A DNA stretch of 64,000 nt from Macrostomum lignano. Lineage: Eukaryota. Positions within the stretch are counted from its first letter, which is position 1; the number at the start of each line of letters is the position of its first letter. Made by a program: the position numbers and the translations under genes. Shown piece by piece: positions 22,301 through 36,900 of this stretch. The notes beneath the pieces were generated by a model, which saw only the letters and a list, made by a program, of their open reading frames with translations, was not told the origin of the DNA and made no database searches. The stretch covers positions 92,201 through 156,200 of the forward strand of contig NIVC01001639.1 of assembly GCA_002269645.1 (NCBI GenBank), written 5' to 3'.

Positions 22301-25300
22301 TGCAGGGAGAGGGATAGAGATGGGCAGGGAGAGAGATAGAGATGTGCAGGGATAGAATGGGGCAAGTTATGAAATGAATTTAAAAAATGGAAATAAGAAT
22401 ATGCTAGGAAAAAACAGTAAGAGGCTCTGTGCAGGGTGCTAGTGGCGGCAGGATCACGGATGGAGAGTGGATAGAGCAGCAGATAGAACTACTGTGCCCT
22501 GTCGGCATCAGAGATTCGCAAGCCGCAATTCTCTTTCGCGTATGGGATAACGAATCGTGACCTTAATCCCCCCTCTCTGTGTATTGGTGAGAGGAGCCCC
22601 GAAAGAGCGGCACTTAACCAAACTTCTGTCGGCACGTTTAGTAAATAACTGCAGGGGTTCTGGTGAGAGAGGGGAGAGGCGGCGGAGGCGGGGAGGGCAG
22701 CGGCAGACGGACAACTTCCCCGCCTGTTGCTGGTGCCGCAATTGCAGTTTCAAAGCACACCCGACTGAAAGAAATGATGGCGCGTTGATGGGGAAGAGGC
22801 TGTCACGCTTCTTGCACACATTGTGGTCTTCGTCTGGGCTCTTTGTTTCCATCAAGAATTTAATTAACACTTGCTTTTATTGCAGACACCCGATGTTCCC
22901 GCTGCTGTGTCTGATCTTCGAGAAGTGCGAGCTGGCCACCAGTGCACCGCGCGAGATCGGGGCGGCCAGCGTGCCAGGCGGTGACGTGTGCAGCAGCCAG
23001 AGCTTTGAGCAGGACATCGCCGAGTTCGCCAGAGAGGTAACACGAATTCGACACTGCCTGTGCCGGCATTACTCTATCCAGCCTGTTCTATCACTCTATC
23101 CAGGCTGTTTTATCACTCTATCCAGGCTGTTCTATCACTCTATCCAGGCTGTTTTATCACTCTATCCAGGCTGTTCTATCACTCTATCCAGGCTGTTCTA
23201 TCACTCTATCCAGGCTGTTCTATCACTCTATCCAGGCTGTTTTATCACTCTATCCAGGCTGTTCTATCACTCTATCCAGGCTGTTCTATCACTCTATCCA
23301 GACTGTTCTATCACTCTATCCAGGCTGTTTTATCACTCTATCCAGACTGTTCTATCACTCTATCTAGACTGTTCTATCACTATCCAGCCTGTTCTATCAC
23401 TCTATCCAGACTGTTACATTTATAGATTTCCATTAAATAGAAACCTAAAGACTTGCTTTTGCAGTATACTCCACGGTAATCACAATTTATGGTAGATTAT
23501 AAATCTGCACTTGATGCAGACCGACCGCACACGGGGCTATCTCAGCTAAAATTTATCACACCCCAGTACAAGCGCACCGGCCATCCAACTTCTTTCCAAA
23601 CGCGATCGAATTATAAAATTTCCTGACAAATTTTCAAATAAAACACAAAAGACAGGGAGGCTTAGCCGGCCTGTTTTCCAAGAAGTTTCGATTGCTATTT
23701 TGCTGCTTTTGCAGCGGGGCCCAGCGGCGGGGGCGGGCGAAATGGAGCAAGCATTCAAGCTATCTATAGCCCATACACCATGGCGGCTCGCTCTTAGAGA
23801 TCTATGCAGCAGGGAGCGGAGCCCGGGCCGCGGTGTGTAGGAAGGAAGCCAAGCGAAAAGGAGGGGGAAATTTTTGGAACTGAAGGGAAAGCCAAAAGCA
23901 GAGAAAGAGGAAGAGAGAAAGGAAGAGAGAGAAGAAAGGATCGGGCACAAACCAGGTGTGTGTGGGGGGGGCGGCAGCGTGCGGGGCCTTTTGACAGCCC
24001 ATGATTGATGGTCCACGGCCTCTCCTCCGATCCCCTCCGCTCCCCCCACCCAATTCCCAGTGCTTTTTGCTGCTTTGGCAATACACAAGCAAGGCCCAGC
24101 CGTGCCTGTTCCCTGCGCCCCCCCCCCCCTAGAAGGGCGATATTGCCTGCTCGCTTCTTCACAGAAAATGAGGAGGAAGTTGAGGCCCGGCTATTCTTCT
24201 TTAGTTAGGACGGGACAATTCAAGGCATCGGCTTGAGCTGTAGGAGTACAGTGTATAATATGAGTGAGCTGGGGGAATGAAACAATTGGCTGGCTTCCCA
24301 CCACCCCCCCCCGAGTTTAATTTTCGACTTCTCGTCGAGGCCTTAAAGAAAAAAGCCAACCGACGTGATTGATGAGGTCGAGGCCGGCCCGGCCCGAGCG
24401 GGACTTCAAAGCCGCCGGGAGAATTCCGGTCGGTCGGGTCTCCGCGGTCTTCGACTTGCCGTCTAGGGAGAGAGAGGGGGGGTTTTCTCGGTTGCCATGG
24501 TTACGTCATTAGCACCTTGGATGCGATAGTTGCAGAGCCTTCCTAACGCTGTCGGACATCAAGTCCTGTGCATCGCCCAGGGCTAATTAGCGACCTATTT
24601 TGGTCGTTTCTTAGAAAGAATTTCGTGTTCGCCCACTACAGAAAGCCCAGATACTTCAAGATTTGCATTTTGAACTGACAAATTTAGGCTTAAACTCAAG
24701 AAAATCCATCTCGATCCCGAAACAAGCAATTTTCAGAGCACCTTGTCACAGATTTTAATCTAAATTCCGTTTCATCTTACAGCTGAATGAATTATCCATA
24801 ACTTAGCTTTATGAAAATTCTAAAAATAAACAACCATCTCACCGGTGCTCACGGGTTCCTGACACTTTTCAACAAACCTGACACATCCGTACATCCCCCT
24901 GACAAGTTATGGCACCTCCTGACACATCATGACACGCCCTGACACATTATGACATTCCCTGACACCCCAGACACATTATGACACGCCCTGACACATCATG
25001 ACGTTCCCTGACACCCCCCGACACATTATGACACGCCCTGACACATCATGACACATCCTGACACATCATAACACATCAATATCGACACATCCTGACGCCC
25101 TGACACATAATGACACTCCCTGACACATCATGACACGCCCTGACACATCATGACACCCCCAAACACATCATTACACGCCCTGACACATCACGACACGCCC
25201 TGACACATCATGACACCCCAAACACATCATTACATGCCCTGACACATCACGACACGCCCTGACACATCATGACACATCATGACACGCCCTGACACATCAC

Positions 25301-28300
25301 GACACCCCTCGAAACATTCGCACACCCCTGACGTATTTTTCCTTAGCTTAAAATTTTTGAAAAAAAACAGAAGAAAAAAGTGAGTGCTTCAGCTTCTTCC
25401 CTCTTTCTACAGGGAAGACCCGCGGGCCCGCCAGCTCTCCATGTCAAAAGTATGGGGGAGTCGCGCAAGAGGAATCTTGAAAAAAATTTTTTAGCCGACC
25501 CGGCATTTCTTTGTGTCCTCACGACTGGGGCTCACAGGCCTCCCGTTTTCATATCGTCTGAAGAATAAGACGGCATATCAATGAGGACCCGACTAGGAAG
25601 GAAGACGGCGTGAAGCTGAGTGAGCTGATGGTGGATGCTGGGGGGATGCTTTGGGGGATCAGTTCCAGAGTGCGACGGCTTGACAATTGCCAATGCCGTT
25701 GGAGAAACTGTGAGCAGCGGAGCTCTTTGATCGCTGCTCAGTCCGCTGCTCAGCTTTTCCGGCCGCCGGGGACCCCGCAGCCTCCGCTCTCCCCCTCTCT
25801 CTACCCTCTTCATCGCTATTATTATATCTCAGTTCAATTTGGAAGCCGCGTGCTTCCCCGTGCCCGACTCTTGGTTGGCAACAAGCTGTCACCGGGACTG
25901 ACTGACTCTCTCTCTCTCTGGGAGCCAAAAAATCTTCAACTTAAAAATTAGATCGCTTGGTCAATCAAAAGGAAAATCCTATGCTAAGAATCCAATTGAT
26001 AGTGAAATTCTTTACACTTTGCAGCTGGAGAACTCCGACAAGTCCATCTATAGCGGCAACCAGGATCTTGACGCGGTGGTGAGCGAATGACTGACACCCC
26101 CTGACACATCCTGACACCCCTGACACATCCTGACACTTCTGACATTCCTAACACCCTTGACACCCCTGATACCCCTGACACATCCTGACACGCCTGACAT
26201 ACCCTGACATCCCTGACACCCCTGACACCCCTGACACCCCTGACACTTCTGACACCCTTGACACCCCTGACACCCCTGACACTCCTGCCACTCCTGACAC
26301 TCCTGACACTCCTGACACTCCTGACACTCCTGACACTCCTGACACTCCTGACACTCCTGACACTCCTGACACTCCTGACACTCCTGACACTCCTGACACC
26401 CCTGACACTCCTGACACTCCTGACACTCCTGACACCCCTGACACTCCTGACACTTCTGACACCCCTGACACCCCTGACACTCCTGACACTCTTGACACTC
26501 CTGACACTCCTGACACTCCTGACACTCCTGACACTCCTGACACTCCTGACACTCCTGACACTCCTGACACCCCTGACACTCCTGACACTCCTGACACTCC
26601 TGACACCCCTGACACTCCTGACACTTCTGACACCCCTGACACCCCTGACACTCCTGACACTCTTGACACTCCTGACACTCCTGACACTCCTGACACTCCT
26701 GACACTCCTGACACTCCTGACACTCCTGACACTCCTGACACTCCTGACACTCCTGACACTCCTGACACTCCTGACACCCCTGACACTCCTGACACTCCTG
26801 ACACTCCTGAGACACTCCTAACACCCCTGACACTCCTGACAATCCTGACACTCCTGACACTCCTGACACTCCTGACACTCCTGACAATCCTGACACCCCT
26901 GACACTCCTGACACCCCTGACACTCCTGACACCCTGACACCCCTGACACCCATGACATCCCTGACACTCCTGACACCCTTGGCACCCGATTTAGCCATAC
27001 GAAAAAGAGAAATAAAGTTTGTACAACCAGAAATGTTTTACACAATTTTACAGATGATTCAAGCTGTCCAAGTGCTTCGATTTCATCTGCTAGAAATTGA
27101 AAAGGTAAGTCTCCCCGTTTGAAGCTGGATGAAGTTTTCTCTTCTGTGCTCTTTTCACAGAAGCCGCTATCTGATATCATATTCAAACGGCTCAAGGGCG
27201 GATTAAACTTAAGCCTCTCTCTGATGCAAAAGCACCCGAGTGAGGGAACTGGGCCCTGCACAGTTTAGAGTGCAGGCAGTTCCGGTGTCTGGACACTGGG
27301 ACCCCAAACTCCACGCCTTATTAACCGCTAAATTAGATGCAAGGACTCTCATATTAAACTTAAATAAATTCCTTACGAATTTTTTTTTCAACTCCCTCGT
27401 GAGCAGAGCATGCTGTCGCTAACAATTCGTTTGACACGGGATCACTGGCTGACTGACCATCTGCTCAGCTTTTGCTTGCCCCAGAAATCAGCTGTGCCAA
27501 CTTATTTTGGTTGCCAACTTATGGCCATAATGTGTTTATAATAGTGGGTGACGGGTAGCATTGTATAAGACAATGGGCAATGACTCTGCGCCGGTTTGAC
27601 GACCTGTCAAACTGGGAGATTTCGCGTTTCCCTTCCCTGCCACCTGTCCGCCAGGGAGGGAGGGGGGGGGCAGAATTCGGTTGCAAAAATGCAAATCAAG
27701 CACAACTAAGCGTAAACAGATTTTGATTACGAAACGGTGGCGCAACTGACGGTGCGTGCGTTTTGTGGTTGACTTTCCCAAACGCAAACAGTTGGGCGAA
27801 ATTTGTTGGAGGGCAACTTGGGCTTCTAGGCGCTGTCTGACATTGAAATTAGGCGGCTGTCTGACATTTAAATTTGGCTCTGTCTGACATTGAATTTAGG
27901 CGCTGTCTGACATTGAACTTAGGCGCTGTCTGACATTGAATCTAGGGGGCTGTCTAACATTAAAATTAGGCGGCTGTCTGACATTGAAATTAGGCGCTGT
28001 CTGACATTGAAATTTGGCGCTGTCTGACATTAAAATCAGGCGGCTGTCTGACATTTAGATTTGCCTCTGTCTGACATTTAAATTAGGCTCTGTCTGACAT
28101 TTAAATTAGGCTCTGTCTGACATTACACCTAGGCGCTTTCTGACACCCAAAAGTGCGCCTCCTAACAAACAAATCGGCACCTTTCGACGCTTCACACTTC
28201 TCCATCCCCACCCGCATGACTCAACCCTGCTCAAGGTGCATGAGCTCTGCGACAACTTTTGCTCACGCTACATCTCCTGCCTGAAGGGCAAGATGCCCAT

Positions 28301-28514
28301 GGACCTCGTCGTTGAGGAGGGCGCCGGCGGCGGCCAGCGAGATGAGCACCAGCACCACGCCAGCGGGAGCTCGTCCAGCCAGTCGGCCGCTGCTCCAACA
28401 GGCGCCGCTAGCAGCATCGACTGCTTGACAACTTCGGCCGAACAAGCCTGCCTGTCGCCGTCGAGTCACAACCTTCAGGCGGCTCAGCAGCTGCAGACTC
28501 TGCCGCCGCCGCCA

Positions 28515-28550
<36 letters not shown>

Positions 28551-30922
28551 CTACCCCCCGCTATGGTGAGTTTACGTTTTCGCTCGGCCCCCCCGCTGGG
28601 TTAGTTGGTGCTGGGGGGGACGGCGGGGGCCCCGGGTCCTTATCGCACCAAGCCATCGAGACGTTGTTGTCCCAGGCATCGGGGTCTGCAGGCTGGTTCG
28701 GGGGGACGGGCCAAACAACAGATCTTGTCCACTTTCTTCCCCTTTCAAGAGGGGGCGGCCAGCTGTTGCGCTTGTTTACACCCCCGGCTTACACTGGCCA
28801 GATATAGATATCGGAAGAAACACACCTAAGGGGGGGGGAGGGGCGGTTAGAGAAATGGAAAGTGGCTAGATTCATTCACTCAGTTGCCCTATGTGTTGTC
28901 TCTCGGTCTGGACTGGAGCCGCCCCCCCCACCCTCTGTTTCGGACCCGAAGCGATGAAGATCGTCGGGCCGAATTCAGTGACGAGTATCTGACAGTTTGA
29001 TTAATGGGATTCTGCTGGGGCACCAACTGGCGGAGGGCCTCTCCGGTGGGTGAGGGGGCGCAGCCCTTCACAAGCTTCAGGGTCAGGACCCGCCCACTCT
29101 CATCCCACACACACACAAACATAAACTGCTCACCCACTTTCCCCCCTGAAGGCCCCCGCGGCTCAGATTACGGGGGCTCATGATGGCAGTTGCAGTTGGT
29201 TGTTGATCAATAATTACAGGTTTGTCAACTGGGCTGGGCAGCCCTTGAAATCACCTTCAGCCACCTCTGCAAGCTTATTAACCGACTATATGCCATAGGT
29301 GACCACTGGCGAGCTGGCCAGGAATGTTTAGCCGGCAGAGTTCGAGATTTAGCAAGAAAAAAAAACGCTCCTGACGCGACACAACCGATGCGCGCTCGAT
29401 GATGTCGCAGAACACAGACTGTGGGAAGCTGAGAGTCAAAAATTCTTAACTCCGCGGCAGCAGCAGACCCTCTGGCGGCAGACCCGCCGACTAAAAGTCA
29501 TCAGATATGCCGAAAAATTTCAAAATCATTGAGAGACAAAGCCAGAGTCCCAGCCGCACTGGCTAAGCGGCGTCCCTTTGATGCCTGCGTTTGGTAGACT
29601 AGCAAAGAAAATATTATATGGCTGCGCAGACTTGACAGAGCGAACCTCGGTAAATAGAAAGTTTGAAGAGAGTCGCTCCGGCTCCGGCTATGCTCCAGAC
29701 TGGGCGGGCGCCGCAATGGAGACAGAAATTCACAACGGAGAAGATGGGGCTTGAAAGTGACAGCGGCTGAGACTGATAGACAGACGGTAGACAAGTTAGT
29801 TTAGTTCGCAGCGGGGGCGGCTGGCTTTGGGCACCGCCCGCAAGTTAGCCGCAAACACATTGAGTTGGGGCTTGGGGCTTTGTGATTCACAGAGAGAGTG
29901 TACATGCCTGATGATTAGAAAGTCAGGACCGCTGTACACCCGGTGTGAGCGTGTGTGTGAGTGCAGTGAGGTGTAACAGTCTGACGCGTGACCCCACAGG
30001 CAAAAACTCTCACGCCTAAGGGCTTTGTTTAACTCGATTGACTTGTCGAAATTGAGAGCCGGCGATAATCCGCTGGATTATAAATATGAGCATTTATTTT
30101 TTCGCGAGTTCGAGTAGGGCCAAACCGAAGCTGGGAGCTCCTCGAATTTGAGATTGCAAACGAGGGCCAGTCCAGACTTTAACTGGTCAGGGGATCTTCG
30201 GGTCTCGTGTCTGGTGGTCAAGAGGGTCGGAGCTGACATCGAGTAGCTCTCCAGTACGACAAGGGGGCCCGGCGGGCTGCTCTTGTGTGTTGAGAGAGAA
30301 AATTGGAGTTGTCTGCCTCTCAAAGCAGAATTAGTGGCAGCCGAACAGAAAACTGCGTTTGGGCCAGACTTCTGACTAGTCATGACTAGTTATGGCTTAA
30401 TCATGGATTTTCATGGCTCGGTTGAAGGTGTCATGCAGCGAAGTTGACATGGATCAGGCTGGATCAGTTCTGGGTCAGTCATGGGTCAGTCATGGGTCAG
30501 TCATGGGTCAGTCATGGATCAGTCATGGATCAGTCATAGGTCAGTCATGGGTCAGTCATGGGTCATTGATGGGTCAGGCATGGATTAGTCATGGGTCAGT
30601 CATGGGTCATTTATGGGTCAGTCATACGGCAGTCGTGGATCTGTCATGGGTCAGTCATGGGTCAGTCATGGGTCATTGATGGGTCAGTCATGGATTAGTC
30701 ATGAGTCAGTCATTGGTCATTGGTCAGTCATGGGTCAGTCATACGGCAGTCGTGGATCTGTCATGAGATAATTAACATTCAAAAAACTCATTCGTTCAAA
30801 CTTTGTTTCAGTTGTCGCCGCCAGTCAGCAGCCATTATCAGCTTCATCACCAGCATCCTCAGCATCACCACATGCAGCATCATCAGCATCAGCAACAGCA
30901 CCCCCACCAGCTTCACCATCAC

Positions 30923-30953
<31 letters not shown>

Positions 30954-33900
30954 AGCAGATGTTCGCCATGCACCAGTTGGCCCCCATGGCGATGCCCGAC
31001 AACGACTCGCAGTCGACTCGCTCAGGCGACACGCCCGGACCCAGGCTGGACAGTCACTGCTCGCAGCCGGACACCAGCTCGGACATGGGTCAGTCTTGAT
31101 TGGGTCATGGGTCAGTAGTGGGTCACTCGTAGTAATAACAATAATATTCGCCGGAGGGCTGCTGGCGCCCTGGCCAGGATAGTCCAGGTCAGTCATGTGT
31201 CAGTCATGGGTCAGTAATGTGTCAGTCATGGATCAGTCATGTGTCAGTCATGGATCAGTCATGGATCAGTCATAGGTCAGTCATGTGTCAGTCATGTGTC
31301 AGTCATGTGTCAGTCATGGATCAGTCATGGATCAGTCATAGGTCAGTCATGTGTCAGTCATGTGTCAGTCATGGATCAGTCATGGATCAGTCATGTGTCA
31401 GTCATGCGTCAGTCATGTTTCAGTCATGGATCAGTCATAGGTCAGTCATGGGTCAGTAGTGTGTCAGTCATAGGTCAGTCATGGGTCAGTCATGGATCAG
31501 TATGTGTTATTCATGGATCAGTCATGTGTCAGTCATAGGTCAGTCGGAGCCGGTTCATTAAGCAGATTAGAGTCTAATCAGTAGTTAATTAGCAGATCCG
31601 CCGCAATGAGACATCCTCGCTGATCAACTCACTCGTGAAGAAAAGTAAATAATCTGTGACTAGATAATCCAGGGGGGGATTACAGCCTGGGACAGACAGT
31701 TGAAAGTTGGCGCTGACAGCTCGGCATCATCAGCGTCCTTGTAGCTGCTGTCCGTGACAGGCGTTGAGTTACCTGGGATTTGTTTTTTTTAAATCCCAGT
31801 TTTAATGGAGATTGGGATTAAGAAAAGCTCGGAGAAGGAATTAATAAACTGGCCAGCGCATTCGGTAGAGAAAGTCAAATGAGTGCAAATGAGTACAGAT
31901 GAAGAGGCTGCTGACTGATGAAGAGCGAAACTCGCAAAATCCAGATGCGTACACGCCCGGGGTGATGGATGGCCCCCTCTGCCAGCCGCAACCCCCCCCC
32001 CTACTCAAATCTACTCAACTCTTCGATACTCCAAATTGCTTCTTAATCCCAACGAGAGGCCAGCCTCTAAGTTTTATATGCATTGTGTAATAGAGATTCT
32101 CTAGCAACAAATGTCAACATTGGTGGGGGGCGCTGCTGAGACTCTGTTACCACTTGATTCTCCTGACCCCATAGAGTCCCGATTTGAGAGGCCGACGCAA
32201 ATACAGAGACGAAGGAGAGAGTCTGGGAAACCGGCAGACTGCAGACTGGTCTGTAGCCCCATCTCCGTCTCCCTTCTTTCTCTCTCTCTCTCTACCCCTC
32301 TCTCTCTCTCTCGCCCGTTTCTCTTAGCGCACCGGCAAACTTTGCTCAAATATTGACTGGGCGCCGCTCCCTGCCTCCCTCTCTCTACCTTGAAACGATT
32401 ATAACTACCCCTCAACAACTCGAAATCGGTAGAGGCCGTGACTCGATACTCAAAGCTAAGAGAGACAGTCCGTATAATCAGCCCGTGCTTTGAAGCGCGT
32501 GAACTAAATTGTTAAAAATATCCTGCCTAAGATGGCCAACCAGCTGCGAAAGAGATATTTTGGTAGGTAACGGACTTCAGGACTCTCCCATGCATTTCTC
32601 ACCACCACCCTCACCAAGCTGACTCCGCTCCCTACTCTCCTTCCGCTCCCTCCGCTCCCTCTGCTCCCTCCGCTCCCTCTGCTCATTCTGTTATCTCCGC
32701 TCCTTTCACTCCCTCCGCTCCCTCCGCTCCATCCGCCCTCTCCGCTCCCTCCGCTCCCTCCGCTCTCTCCGCTCATTCTGTTATCTCCGCTCCTTTCACT
32801 CCCTCCGCTCCCTCCGCTCCATCCGCCCTCTCCGCTCCCTCCGCTCTCTCCGCTCATTCTGTTATCTCCGCTCCTTTCACTCCCTCCGCTCCCTCCGCTC
32901 CATCCGCCCTCTCCGCTCCCTCCGCTCTCTCCGCTCATTCTGTTATCTCCGCTCCTTTCACTCCCTCCGCTCCCTCCGCTCCATCCGCCCTCTCCGCTCC
33001 CTCCGCTCTCTCCGCTCATTCTGTTATCTCCGCTCCTTTCACTCCCTCCGCTCCCTCCGCTCCATCCGCCCTCTCCGCTCCCTCCGCTCCCTCCGCTCTC
33101 TCGCTCATTCTGTTATCTCCGCTCCCTCCGCTCCCTCCGCTCCCTCCGCTCCATCCGCTCCCTCCGCTCTCTCCGCTCATTCTGTTATCTCCGCTCTCTC
33201 CGCTCATTCTGTTATCTCCGCTCCCTCCTCTTCACTCCGCTGCCTCAGCTCCAATATGAGGTTCAACCAAAATTTTCCACGGCCCCGCAGGCGACGGCAT
33301 GGACAACTCCGTGGGCAGCGGCGAGAACACGGACGATCTCGATGCGGACGAGAAAGGCGCCAAACGGCAGAAGAAGCGCGGCATCTTCCCGAAATGCGCC
33401 ACCAACATTATGCGCGCCTGGCTGTTCCAGCATCTCAATGTGAGGAGAAAATTATACTTTAACTCTCAGGGACTCACCATCAACCCAGCTAAATCCCCAA
33501 CCTCATCCGATTTCAGCATCCCTACCCGTCTGAGGAGCAGAAGAAACAGCTGGCCTCGGACACCGGTCTGACCATACTGCAGGTGAACAATTGGTGAGCG
33601 GCCCGCATCTGTGTACCTGACTGTACCTGTCCTCACAGTATGCTAACATGACATTATTAACGATTCTTCAGGTTCATCAACGCCAGGAGAAGAATTGTCC
33701 AGCCAATGATTGACCAATCAAATCGAGCAGGTGAGACTGTCTTTCCAACTGATTAATTACAATGTTTGTTTGTTTCAAATATAATCAGTGACCAATATTG
33801 CAAACAAAGAGTCCTAATGCAAGATATTTCAACGATAGACTTTAACCCAAAATATCAGATTCCGAATCGCAGATCCCAGATTCAAATCGTAGATCACAAA

Positions 33901-36900
33901 TCCCAAATCCCAGATTCAAAATTCCAGATCCCAAATCCCAGATCCCAGATCCCAAATCCTATATCCCAAATCCCAGATCCCAAATCCTATATCCCAAATC
34001 TCAGATCCCAGATCCCAAATCCTATATCCCAAATCTCAGATCCCAGATCCCAAATCCTATATCCCAAATCTCAGATCCCAGATCCCAAATCCCAAATCCC
34101 AAATTCCAGATCCCAGATCCCAAATCCTATATCCCAAATCTCAGATCCCAAATCCCAGATCCCAGATCCCAAATTCCAGATCCCAAATTCCAGATCCCAA
34201 ATTCCAGATCCCAAATCCCAGATCCCAAATCCCAAATCCCAGATCCCAAATCCCAGATCCCAAATCCCAGATCCCAAATCCCAGATCCCAAATCCCAAAT
34301 CCCAAATTCCAGATCCCAGATCCCAAATCCTATATCCCAAATCTCAGATCCCAAATCCCAGATCCCAGATCCCAAATTCCAGATCCCAAATTCCAGATCC
34401 CAAATCCCAGATCCCAAATCCAAAATCCCAGATCCCAAATCCCAGATCCCAAATCCCAGATCCCAAATCCCAGATCCCAAATCCCAGATCCCAAATCCCA
34501 GATCCCAAATCCCAGATCCCAAACCCCAGATCCCAAATCCCAGATCCCAAATCCAAAATCCAATATTCCAAATCCCAAGTCATAATCTATAATCTCAAAT
34601 CCCAAATCCAATATTCCAAATCCCAGATCCCAATCTTAAATGACATATTTCGAAGCTTCCAGCTCCTAAATCCCAAATCCCAAATACCGGATCGCAGCCT
34701 GGCATCCTAAATCAACTCCGCTCTCGCACTCATTGTCTTGCGTCTGCCCGTTGGCCGCCGGCGACCGCAGGAAAAAATCAAAGGGATAAATTATTATCAG
34801 TGATTGATAATTATCCATAAACACAGGGCGGGCCACCCAGTTCGCACCAGCTCGCCTCCCCCAATTAACTGTGCCATAGCGAGACCGAGGACTGTCGCCC
34901 CCCCCCCCCAATGATAGCATAGAAATGACGCCCACTGAATGACCCAGCAGAAAAATACGCTCTGCAATGGTCTGCTTCTCTATTCACTCACTGTGTGTGC
35001 ATGTGAAAGAGAGAGCAGCTCCAGTGAAACGATACCGCTTATTACGGACTCAGGCGCGGCCTGTGTCTGTCTGGATGGCTGGCTGCTGGTGGCGCGCCAA
35101 TTTTATTGTCAAACCTCCGCCAGCCTCGCTTTTTTGATTGATCGGCCGCGCTGCTTGAACTTCCGCCTTGGGACCAGCCGGGCTTGGCCTTGGATCGGGG
35201 GTTTTGGGGGGGGGGGCTGCTCAAAGCTCAGTCGGATTTGGAATTGTAGCCTCCTGCAATGATGGGGGCTCAAAGTGGCCGCCCAAGGAGACCCAGGGCC
35301 AGAGTCTGGAGTCGCAGCAGCTTCCCCCTAAGCCCTTGCTTCCAGACAACTGCGGGCTGATTGTTTAGTGATGCGAATCGTTGAATTCCAGGAATTTCGC
35401 TTCCGCTCCCTCCGCTCCCTCCGCTCCCTCCGCTCCCTCCGCTCCCTCCGCTCCCTCCGCTCCCTCCGCTCCCTCCGCTCCCTCCGCTCCCTCCGCTCCC
35501 TCCGCTCCCTCCGCTCCCTCCGCTCCCTCCGCTCCCTCCGCTCCCTCCGCTCCCTCCGCTCCCTCCGCTCCCTCCGCTCCCTCCGCTCCCTCCGCTCCCT
35601 CCGCTCCCTCCGCTCCCTCCGCTCCCTCCGCTCCCTCTTAAAGTTACTGTTTAGTCAATTAAAACAAAATTTTATTTTTCTACGTCGAATGCAATTGGCC
35701 AATCTAGCTTTTCAAAAACCAGGCTGGCATGGGCAGATGCATAGCTTACAATTGTCTGAAAGCGGGGGGCTGGGGTTCGGATCCGCTGCCCCCCCCCCTC
35801 AGCGAGAGAAAGACAGACAATTTTAGAAAAAGAGTCAGCAAAAAAACTGACGAGTTTTTCTGAAACTGAAAAAAAACACGCTAGAAAATGGAAAATCAAT
35901 GGCGGAAGAGCCGCTCCCCCCAGGTGATCCCCACTGCTGACCGCTCGGAGCTCATAAATCTGTCACAACCTCATCGCGCCCAATATCCTGCTCAAGGATC
36001 TCACAGCAAAATCAAATCCGACAACGGGGCAGCGGGTGGGATTCGGACAGCTGGGCTGTTGGCACTGCAGACGGCAGCTGAACTTGTAGCAATTGAAAAA
36101 AACAAATTTTAAATCGGAAAAATTTGTCACAATTAATCAAATTCAAAAACTGATTTCAAACAAGAAAATTTCGTTCTTAAATTCCACAATTCCTGCTACC
36201 TAAATCACAGTCCCATACCCGAAAATCCCAACTAAATCCCAAATTGGATTCTCGAATCCCAAATCCCATTCCCGAATCCCAAATCCCATACCCGAATCCC
36301 AAATCCCATTCCCGAATCCCAAATCCCATTCCTGAATCCCAAATCCCATTCCCGAATCCCAATTCCCATTCCCATTCCTGAATCCCAAATCCCATTCCCG
36401 AATCCCAAATCCCATTCCCGAATCCCAAATCCCATTCCCGAATCCCAAATCCCATTCCCGAATCCCAAATCCCATTCCTGAATCCCAAATCCCATTCCCG
36501 AATCCCAAATCCCATTCCCGAATCCCAAATCCCATTCCCGAATCCCAAATCCCATTCCCGAATCCCAAATCCCATTCCCGAATCCCAAATCCCATTCCCG
36601 AATCCCAAATCCCATTCCCGAATCCCAAATCCCATTCCTGAATCCCAAATCCCATTCCCGAATCCCAAATCCCATTCCCGAATCCCAAATCCCATTCCCG
36701 AATCCCAAATCCGATTTCCAAATCTCGAATTCAATTCCCGAATCATAAGTCCCATTATTCATTTCCCCAATCAATTCCAAATAATTATTGGCCATTTAGG
36801 ACCCGAATTCCCCGTGATAAATTCATAATCTCTTGCAACAATCCCGAACCTCAGGACCCCACGGCTACAGTCCAGAAGCAGCCGCCTATTCGCCCTATGC

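Noticed and set aside
29905-29935. CTGATGA-tta-GAAA-GTC hammerhead ribozyme candidate in the SINE-B copy
   Set aside because: Stems II and III cannot form, and the other copies do not conserve CTGATGA.
31914-31935. CTGATGAAGAGCGAAAC, similar to Penelope-type minimal hammerheads
   Set aside because: The stem II loop would be 2 nt, and there is no GUH triplet or stem I pairing.
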